Of a DNA stretch of 60,339 nt, positions 54,206 through 60,339 are shown in pieces. A program made the translations under genes and the position numbers. Below the pieces are notes generated by a model, which worked only from the letters and a program-made list of their open reading frames with translations, did not search any database and had not been told where the DNA came from. The number at the start of each line of letters is the position of its first letter. Positions within the stretch are counted from its first letter, which is position 1. This DNA comes from a virus: the IMG/VR virus record IMGVR_UViG_3300034352_000138, one strand, 5' to 3'.

Positions 54206-55264
54206 TTAGTCCTGCCAAAGTCTATTGATTACGTCGTTCTTCGTTTTAGTACGAAGACTTTTGAGTGCTGTGTTTGCTGATGGTGTTATAGAGCTAGAGC
54301 TTGGGGTATATGCGAGCCACATGGGGTGTAACTGGACTTCATGGTGGTTAGCGTCGTCGTCGCACCAATTAGTCATATTCATGGGGAAGGGTCTTTTTCG
54401 CATATCTGATTTTTTCCAGCAGAAGACTTGGGCCAGCTTCATATCGTCTTCGAATTCTTGGATTTCTGTTCCGTCTATAAAGGATGCTAATAGATAATGG
54501 GGTGTTGAAAGTGGTGCAAGTTTGTCCCATTTAGCGGGGACTCGTAGTATATTTTCGTATTGCGTACCTTCGAGTTTCCCAAACCAAGGTATATCTCCTC
54601 GGGCTTTTATTTCGATGTGCGTTGCCCAAACTCGGGGGTTTTGGAACTGGTTGGAGAAGACTGTTTTATACTGTCTGGCGCGTTTCTCGATAAACTGTTT
54701 TCGTTTTAGTGCAGTATCGTGCTTTACGACGGAGGTTTCAGGTACCCAGAAGTCGTCGTTGGGTACGGTGTACAAATTATCTTTATAACAGACTAACTGG
54801 GAATCAGGGGGTACGGTACCGTTGTATTTTGGGAATTTACCCCGTTTGATGATTCGGATAATGTGGCGGTTAGCTCTTTCTGATTTGTACTGAGATTGGA
54901 TATCGTGGAGTCGGGTGATATCTCTATGTCCTAGGGGTATGTCGTTAAGTCTTAGGAATTTACGTATTGCCTCGTTTGATACGAAGTTGTTTCGGAGATC
55001 GTCTGGGTTTTCTTTAAAGTACTTCCATAGGAGTTTATGTAGTTGCATAACTTTTGCTCTGGCGGTGGGAGGGTTCCACAACCTGTAGGTCCTATCTTTA
55101 ACTTCCAGGCTATACATGTTGAGGAAGTAACTCATGTCGTGGTCTATATCTTTTTGGTCCTCATAGGTTCGAGTTAATTTAGTACGTAGGTCGGTTAATC
55201 CTACTGCACCATCGAATGTCGGGTCGTGTCCTGACTCAGTAGTTTTAATTGCGCCGGTAGACAT
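54206..55264 (-). CDS. Hypothetical protein (352 aa)
   Basis: Start moved to ATG 55264, 9 nt after GGAG. No motif recognised. Confidence 0.7.
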   Translation of the reverse strand: MSTGAIKTTESGHDPTFDGAVGLTDLRTKLTRTYEDQKDIDHDMSYFLNMYSLEVKDRTYRLWNPPTARAKVMQLHKLLWKYFKENPDDLRNNFVSNEAIRKFLRLNDIPLGHRDITRLHDIQSQYKSERANRHIIRIIKRGKFPKYNGTVPPDSQLVCYKDNLYTVPNDDFWVPETSVVKHDTALKRKQFIEKRARQYKTVFSNQFQNPRVWATHIEIKARGDIPWFGKLEGTQYENILRVPAKWDKLAPLSTPHYLLASFIDGTEIQEFEDDMKLAQVFCWKKSDMRKRPFPMNMTNWCDDDANHHEVQLHPMWLAYTPSSSSITPSANTALKSLRTKTKNDVINRLWQD

Positions 55265-56417
55265 CGATATATTCTCCGAATGGCGCTGTAATATTGGCTG
55301 TTCTAGCCCAATAGACAGGGCATTCTGGCTGTTCAATTTCGTTCCAGTCCCAAGGCTCCATATCGGTGAAATAGATCAGGGCGTCTGTGGGGTGTTTCTT
55401 GACGTAATCGAATACAGGCTTAAAGCAAGTTCCTCCTCGGCCTATTGCGGTGAATTCAACTGTCTCTTCAGGTTCAAATTCCAAGGGTTCTCCTTGGAGT
55501 CTTGTGTCGCATTGGATGACTGTTACGCCCTCGAAATGGACGTTTTCTAGCAGCATATTTAATTCTGCATTGCAGTCGTTAAGAGCTTGTATATCCATGG
55601 ATCCTGAACTATCTATGGCATAGGTTAGATGTCCAATACTTGGGGCGTTGAGGGTGGGTACATGAAGGCCTAGGGACAGGTATAGTTGTTCTGGGGGATA
55701 CCAATTAAAGTCGGTTTTGGCTATAGATCCGACGACATTGCTTAGTTGCGTTACCCAATCTACTTTAGCTTCACCTAAGCCGAGTTGTTCTAATAAGTTT
55801 CCAGCTATGTTTCCAGCAGCTTTCTCGGCTTGGAGGGCTTGTCGTTGGGCTATTTGCCAATCTTGAATTTGTTCGGGTATGGATGGTTGGCTAGTGTCTT
55901 TGGAGTCTTGTGGGTCAGTGAATTCTCCCCAAGGTACGTTATAGCAACCGGGTCCATCTCCTTTCTCTGTAGGGACCAGGCCTAGTTCACCGGGTCCACA
56001 AGGCCCTTCAGGATCGTCTGGTAGTAAGCTATAGATCTCTTCAGCAGACTTCTTGGAGTATTCCTCACTGATAAGTGCGCCGGGTGGGAGTTGAAAGCCG
56101 AAGTCATGGACTAAGATCCAGTTAATTGCGTAATCGCATGCTACATTCCACTTTCTGGGGTCTCGATCTCCTCGACGGTACATGTGGAGGAGAGCGCAAT
56201 GCATAATTTCGTGAGCAACTACACCTAGTAGCTGGAGAAATGGTAATGCGGCTACCCAAATGGGGTTGTACCAAAGGTAAGTACCGTTAGTGGCCATGGT
56301 TTGGGTCTGACCTTCGGCAACGCGTAGTTTAAGGGCTAGAACTCCGAAGAATGGGCTATCTAGTAGTAGTTTGGTACGTGCTTTGGCGAGGAAGTTTTTG
56401 GCGGCGGACATAAGCAA
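55245..56417 (-). CDS. DUF2201-type protein: N-terminal HExxH metallopeptidase-like domain plus C-terminal VWA domain
   Basis: VVAHEIMHCALLH (HExxH) and the MIDAS motif AIDSSGSM. It is downstream of a MoxR-type ATPase. Confidence 0.8.
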   Translation of the reverse strand: MLMSAAKNFLAKARTKLLLDSPFFGVLALKLRVAEGQTQTMATNGTYLWYNPIWVAALPFLQLLGVVAHEIMHCALLHMYRRGDRDPRKWNVACDYAINWILVHDFGFQLPPGALISEEYSKKSAEEIYSLLPDDPEGPCGPGELGLVPTEKGDGPGCYNVPWGEFTDPQDSKDTSQPSIPEQIQDWQIAQRQALQAEKAAGNIAGNLLEQLGLGEAKVDWVTQLSNVVGSIAKTDFNWYPPEQLYLSLGLHVPTLNAPSIGHLTYAIDSSGSMDIQALNDCNAELNMLLENVHFEGVTVIQCDTRLQGEPLEFEPEETVEFTAIGRGGTCFKPVFDYVKKHPTDALIYFTDMEPWDWNEIEQPECPVYWARTANITAPFGEYIDVYRRN

Positions 56418-56618
56418 TCCTTATTATTGCGTAATAATCTAAAGGGGCTGTTAGTAGGCAGTTTTACACCGTACCCAGGGTGATAAGTTCCAAAGAAGAA
56501 GCTAGGAGTCCCGCGATCTCCTGATGCCCTCCTCTAGAACTACGTTAGTAGATGTGACTAAGTAGGTGGAGTGTGGATACAACGAGGATCGCGAATAGAA
56601 CTAGAAGTAAACGGTTCA

Positions 56619-57629
56619 CTATGCGGCTTTTTCTTCTCTGGTTTCAGTGAGTAATTGGCTATTAGCACGGGCCCAGGCACTAAAGGCTTTAGCTTTAATA
56701 ATGCGTGGGTAATTCCCTTTAGCTGTTTTGACCATGAGAACCTGAAATTCCTTATCTAGACGTTCTGCAAACTTGAAGAAGTTATCGACTGTGGAATCGT
56801 CTACGGTGTAAGCCACTGAAGTGGTAATAGCGTATAACGTAGCGACATCTTCTGGGATTATCATTGCGTTAGGGCTATTAAGGGTTTCTTTGGCTGTAGG
56901 CAGGTTTTCGTAAGTTCTACGGAAGGCCATGAACTCGTACGCTGGGCCCTCCCCTACTACACCGGCAATAAGTTCAGGCAGTAGGTGTTCTTTGGGTTTG
57001 GTTTTGAGGAGGTTACTGGCGTATTCCCAAGTTCTGTAGCAAGCATAAGGTTCTTGGGACTGTTTAGGGTCGAAGGTGAACAGTGCATCTTGGCGGAATC
57101 GACCAAATGCAATGATCTGTGGGTGAATCCCATTGGGTACTCCCCAATCCAAGAACCCTGTGTGGTCCAAATCGATCTCTAGGTGGACTACTCGTGAAGT
57201 GATTTGGGCAGGGTAGTTATGGGTAGCCGCTTTGTCTTTCTTACGGTTACCTGTGGCAACTACGAAAGAACCTTTGGGCAGTACAATCTCACCCATGATT
57301 CGTTCGATTAATAATTGGCTATAACCGTTCTGGATGGCCTGTACGCATTGCGGGAACTCATCAATGAGGATGAGTGCGGGCTTATCCTTTTCTCGAGGCC
57401 ATTTCATCAGGGGTAGGAATTGGGCAACTCCTTCCTGTACGGATAAGGCCCCTTTGATGTCCAGGAGATCAGATAAGGGTGCGTGGATGTTAATCAAGTT
57501 GAGTTTAGCCCGTTTGGCATAGTCTCGAACTGCTGTGGTTTTGCCGATTCCTGGGGCGCCTTTGACTAAGGCACTAAGTCCGGCTTTATGGGCGCTATCT
57601 AATGCATCTTTCAGGTCTGACAATTTCAT
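56619..57629 (-). CDS. MoxR-like AAA+ ATPase
   Basis: Walker A KGAPGIGKTT, Walker B ALILIDEFPQ. Single-AAA size of about 330 aa. Confidence 0.85.
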   Translation of the reverse strand: MKLSDLKDALDSAHKAGLSALVKGAPGIGKTTAVRDYAKRAKLNLINIHAPLSDLLDIKGALSVQEGVAQFLPLMKWPREKDKPALILIDEFPQCVQAIQNGYSQLLIERIMGEIVLPKGSFVVATGNRKKDKAATHNYPAQITSRVVHLEIDLDHTGFLDWGVPNGIHPQIIAFGRFRQDALFTFDPKQSQEPYACYRTWEYASNLLKTKPKEHLLPELIAGVVGEGPAYEFMAFRRTYENLPTAKETLNSPNAMIIPEDVATLYAITTSVAYTVDDSTVDNFFKFAERLDKEFQVLMVKTAKGNYPRIIKAKAFSAWARANSQLLTETREEKAA

Positions 57630-57646
57630 TTGGCGGTGGCTCCTAT

Positions 57647-58081
57647 TTAGTCTTTCTTACGATTTTCTCTTTCAAAAACATACACTTTAGGTAGTAATCC
57701 TCTTTCCTTCTCGCAAGCTTGCTGACCGGTGTCATTTACGGTATCAAGGTATTCCGGACTCCAGAAATCATCTCTAGAGACTAGGGCTCTGAAGGTGTCT
57801 TCTCCATAATAGTGATCTTCGAATGTATCGATTACATCATTTTTAGGCATTTCTTTGAGACCTACGACCCACTCATTATCATAGTCGTCGTTGTATCCAT
57901 TCCAAGTATATGATCGATGGCCTGAATGGTTAGTATTAGGGTCTCTGATCTCTAGGATTTCATAGATATATAATGTTGCTCGCATACAATCTACTTGAGA
58001 GGGTGTGTACATAGCATAATGTGCTTTCATAGCACTTGTGCGTCTCTTCTCATCCCTAGCTATTTCAAATTCAGATAGCAT
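57647..58081 (-). CDS. Hypothetical protein (144 aa)
   Basis: ORF only, with no TM segment, so it is not a spanin. Confidence 0.65.
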   Translation of the reverse strand: MLSEFEIARDEKRRTSAMKAHYAMYTPSQVDCMRATLYIYEILEIRDPNTNHSGHRSYTWNGYNDDYDNEWVVGLKEMPKNDVIDTFEDHYYGEDTFRALVSRDDFWSPEYLDTVNDTGQQACEKERGLLPKVYVFERENRKKD

Positions 58082-58096
58082 GGCGGTGGCTCCTTT

Positions 58097-58576
58097 TTAA
58101 GCTCCGTGGTAAACGTGATCGTCGATTAATTCAAAGTGGGGGCCATCTATGAATGGACGACGTCCTTGCGATCGACGGGTATCAATGTAATGGGCCATTG
58201 CTTCTTCGCATGTGCCCATCCAATCGGTTAGGTCTGGGATATTCCAAGCAGCACCCCATCTAATACCGACTCCTTCGGTTATGGCCGCTCGTTTCATTGC
58301 GTCGGCTATGTCATCGTAGAGGTTGATCTCCCAACTCCCTCTGCTACCGATGTAAGCCATGAGATCTACAGCTCGTCCGCTTAAATGTTTAGACTTCATC
58401 GTACGAGAGGCTCCATATGCATAGAGTTTCTTTTGCTCATCTAGGGTTCTAAGTCCTTGGATGACACCAAAATCGACGCGAGTAAGAGCTATAGCACGTT
58501 TAACAACCCTAACTAGGTCAGGTTCTACGTTGTTTAGGCGTTCAATTGATCTACGAGAGAGTTGATAATATGACAT
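58097..58576 (-). CDS. Endolysin, peptidase M15 (L-alanyl-D-glutamate/VanY-like) family
   Basis: SKHLSGRAVDL (H-x6-D) and DGPHFEL zinc-ligand motifs. Confidence 0.88.
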   Translation of the reverse strand: MSYYQLSRRSIERLNNVEPDLVRVVKRAIALTRVDFGVIQGLRTLDEQKKLYAYGASRTMKSKHLSGRAVDLMAYIGSRGSWEINLYDDIADAMKRAAITEGVGIRWGAAWNIPDLTDWMGTCEEAMAHYIDTRRSQGRRPFIDGPHFELIDDHVYHGA

Positions 58577-58759
58577 TTAGATTTTGCCCCACGCTTGGAG
58601 TAGTAGGTGGATAAAGGTTGCTGGGATTAATAGTAGGCCAAAGGTGCATAGGCCATAAAAATACTTGTCGAGTTTTGGTGATGGGGTGGGAATGAATTGG
58701 TATAGAGCAGTTCCATAAATTCCGATCATGAGGGCTGTTACATATAAGACTTTCGACAT
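58577..58759 (-). CDS. Putative holin (60 aa, two TM segments)
   Basis: It abuts the endolysin start. TM segments VLYVTALMIGIYGTALYQFI and LCTFGLLLIPATFIHLLL. Confidence 0.6.
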   Translation of the reverse strand: MSKVLYVTALMIGIYGTALYQFIPTPSPKLDKYFYGLCTFGLLLIPATFIHLLLQAWGKI

Positions 58760-58764
58760 CGTTG

Positions 58765-59061
58765 TTATTTGTATCCTGCTTTTATGCGGTTGGTATCAAT
58801 GAGACATCTTTGGCGAGACCGATCAATGATGCGGAGACGGGTACTTAGGAGGCTGGAAGTTTCTAATTTAGCCTCTTCATCCGCGGTCAACTCTCCATGG
58901 GTCCAGACTCGTTCGTATTCCCGGTCAGCTAGCCTCTGAATCTCTTTGCGAGAGGCGCCTTTGGGGATTTCAACCAGGCTGGTGAAAGTCATTTGCTTCT
59001 CGTGGACTAGCTCCATGAACTTGGGTGCTTGGTTCCAGGGGAGGTATTTACGGATGTTCAA
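58765..59061 (-). CDS. Hypothetical protein (98 aa)
   Basis: TTG start overlapping the stop of the upstream RHH gene. Confidence 0.5.
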   Translation of the reverse strand: MNIRKYLPWNQAPKFMELVHEKQMTFTSLVEIPKGASRKEIQRLADREYERVWTHGELTADEEAKLETSSLLSTRLRIIDRSRQRCLIDTNRIKAGYK

Positions 59062-59228
59062 TTAGTTCTCCTGTTTACTTTGGTAGTTATAATGTGACTA
59101 ATCCAGTTAGAAAGTGGTCTATTATCTTTAGCTGCGAGGACTTTAGCTTTGGCAAACACTTTGGGGGTTAGTCGATGTTGGACCACTATGGAGCGGGTTT
59201 TGTAGTCATTGGCGGGTTTTGTAGTCAT
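59058..59228 (-). CDS. Ribbon-helix-helix protein (56 aa), not in the ORF track
   Basis: Hand translation MTTKPANDYKTRSIVVQHRLTPKVFAKAKVLAAKDNRPLSNWISHIITTKVNRRTN. It shows the strand-helix-helix pattern of CopG/Arc proteins. Confidence 0.55.
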   Translation of the reverse strand: MTTKPANDYKTRSIVVQHRLTPKVFAKAKVLAAKDNRPLSNWISHIITTKVNRRTN

Positions 59229-59230
59229 TG
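59193..59230. repeat. 19-bp tandem repeat GCGGGTTTTGTAGTCATTG x2 (plus a partial third), each copy carrying an ATG on the minus strand
   Basis: Read directly. Copies at 59193-59211 and 59212-59230 are identical. Confidence 0.95.
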
Positions 59231-59240
59231 GCGGTGTTTC

Positions 59241-59471
59241 CTATTTCTGTGGTTCCCACTTATGCCCAGTAAGGGCAGTTAGTCCTCTCCGAAGAGAGAA
59301 GCGAGTAAATTCACCGGTACTTATTCCTTCTTTCTCAGCAAGTAATCGTATAGCTTCCAGCATGCTAGGTTCTATTTGGACGAGTAGACGGCCTTCTCTG
59401 AGTTCAATCATTTCTCGCCCTTGACGTAGTTCTCGGCGGGCTAAACTTTGTAAGGTTTCTTCCTGGGTCAT
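59241..59471 (-). CDS. Ribbon-helix-helix protein (76 aa)
   Basis: Start at ATG 59471 after GAGGAA. LLVQIEPSMLEAIRLLAEKEGISTGEFTRFSLRRGL fits the RHH pattern. Confidence 0.6.
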   Translation of the reverse strand: MTQEETLQSLARRELRQGREMIELREGRLLVQIEPSMLEAIRLLAEKEGISTGEFTRFSLRRGLTALTGHKWEPQK

Positions 59472-59479
59472 ATGTTCCT

Positions 59480-59845
59480 CTAGTCGTCTTCCGCAAGGGT
59501 ACATATCCTTGCTCGTTTGTTGGGGGGTCGGATGGTAGTAACGAATGTCTTTAGTAATTTTGCAGTTTCTACAGCGCCAAGTTTATTTTGGAAGAATTCT
59601 ATATCCTTGAAGTACTTATCGAGTTCTCTTTCGTTGTAGTATCTAATTTTACGGGCAAGTCCAACTACTTGAATGGGTTTAGGGAAATTGGCATTCCGTT
59701 GATGGTTAGCCGCTACATGTCGCCCTACCTCTCTAGCACTTGCGTAGGTATTTATAGTTACACCTAGGGGCTTAGCTCTGGCGCGTCTGGCCGTAGCGGA
59801 ATTCTTTTTACTTTGTTCTGAAGTAACGGGGACTCTAACGGTCAT
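59480..59845 (-). CDS. Hypothetical basic protein (121 aa)
   Basis: ORF only. Confidence 0.6.
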   Translation of the reverse strand: MTVRVPVTSEQSKKNSATARRARAKPLGVTINTYASAREVGRHVAANHQRNANFPKPIQVVGLARKIRYYNERELDKYFKDIEFFQNKLGAVETAKLLKTFVTTIRPPNKRARICTLAEDD

Positions 59846-59847
59846 GA

Positions 59848-60063
59848 TTACCCAATAGTGATTTTATTACCTTCAGCGGTACTAGAAATTAGCCCTATAC
59901 CTCGTTCATCATCTTCATCGATATGGATAAGGTTATTAGCTTCGAGGGAATTGAGGGTGTAGTTAATTCCTTTGTGTACGCCAATTCTTTCCCCTCCTCT
60001 CCAGGAGAAGTAGCAGGCTGTTGCCAGTAAACAGGAGTACGCGATCATTTGCTCGGTATTCAT
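59848..60063 (-). CDS. Hypothetical protein (71 aa from the internal ATG; the track ORF extends to 60159)
   Basis: The N-terminal 32 codons of the longer ORF look non-protein-like. MNTEQMIAYSCLLATACYFSW begins with a hydrophobic segment. The start is uncertain. Confidence 0.45.
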   Translation of the reverse strand: MNTEQMIAYSCLLATACYFSWRGGERIGVHKGINYTLNSLEANNLIHIDEDDERGIGLISSTAEGNKITIG

Positions 60064-60187
60064 ATGAAATCCAATAGAGTTGTACTTACGAATAAGAGAA
60101 AAAGAAGCCCTAGCACAATTATGTCTAGGGCCATGAGGAGGATTAGAGCTGTGGTCCATGGGTTTAAGCTGTATCTAGTAAACATCT

Positions 60188-60339
60188 TCAAAGCAGGTCC
60201 TCCGGAATATTGCCATCATCATCATCATCAGTAATAAGGCTTTCTAATGGTGGAATCGTAGGGAAGTCGAGCTGATATTTACTTATAAGCTTTAGAAGAC
60301 GATGTTCTGTGATACCCAGTAGCTCGGAAGCTAACTGGG
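60188..60339 (-). CDS. 3-prime part of the junction-spanning Fis-type HTH gene (60217-60339 duplicates 1-123)
   Basis: Same reading frame as 220..1, with a TGA stop at 60190..60188. Confidence 0.6.
   Translation of the reverse strand, partial: QLASELLGITEHRLLKLISKYQLDFPTIPPLESLITDDDDDGNIPEDLL
60217..60339. repeat. Terminal direct repeat, right copy
   Basis: Identical to 1..123. Confidence 0.97.

Larger units (their letters stand above)
1..60216. mobile_element. Complete temperate tailed-phage genome, one unit length (60,216 bp)
   Basis: Window ends overlap by 123 identical bases. Packaging, head, fibre, lysis, replication and integration modules are all present and no host genes flank them. 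Confidence 0.85.

Noticed and set aside
54003-54218. 71-aa ORF overlapping the first 140 nt of the DUF5664 gene.
   Set aside because: An ATG at 54206 is TAATG-coupled to the upstream gene, so a short product is conceivable. However, the 140-nt out-of-frame overlap with a gene whose family signature starts near its N-terminus makes it doubtful. It is left unannotated.
1-60339. Diversity-generating retroelement, retron, CRISPR-Cas, toxin-antitoxin pair or transposase.
   Set aside because: No reverse transcriptase, cas, transposase or recognisable toxin motifs were seen in any long ORF. The only template/variable-like repeats are in-frame tandem repeats.

Overview
The window holds one complete, closed genome of a temperate tailed phage, with no flanking host DNA. 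Bases 1-123 are identical to 60217-60339, so the unit length is 60,216 bp. The genes form two arms. The rightward arm (8066-42258) starts with dUTPase, then terS, terL, portal, scaffold and major capsid. It continues with a fibre/receptor-binding cluster: a fibre with an S74 chaperone domain and a 1022-aa LamG-LamG-SPRY protein. It ends with presumed internal/ejection proteins, the last a 2933-aa multidomain giant. The leftward arm runs from 7742 down through the junction to 42351. It carries small early genes, family-A DNA polymerase and an 880-bp non-coding iteron region. Next come a regulator cluster (Fis-type HTH, two RHH), holin plus M15 endolysin, and a MoxR-ATPase/VWA-metallopeptidase operon. 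The replication genes follow: ATP-dependent ligase, primase-helicase, Cas4-like nuclease, SNF2 helicase and VRR-NUC. The arm ends with an SspA/GST-like protein, an AP2-like protein, ThyX, excisionase, tyrosine integrase, and an attP that contains the 3-prime 48 nt of a tRNA-Pro(UGG). I see no tape-measure, sheath or tube genes, so a short-tailed virion is likely (inference). I recognise no CI/S24-type repressor and no RNA polymerase. The most unusual items are the giant virion protein, a family of three covarying hairpins in the early leftward operon, the dense iteron array, an 8-mer (ACAGCCCC) found almost only upstream of transcription units, and twin RHH genes with a 19-bp tandem repeat carrying a start codon. 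All functional calls rest on motifs read by eye from the translations. No database search was run.
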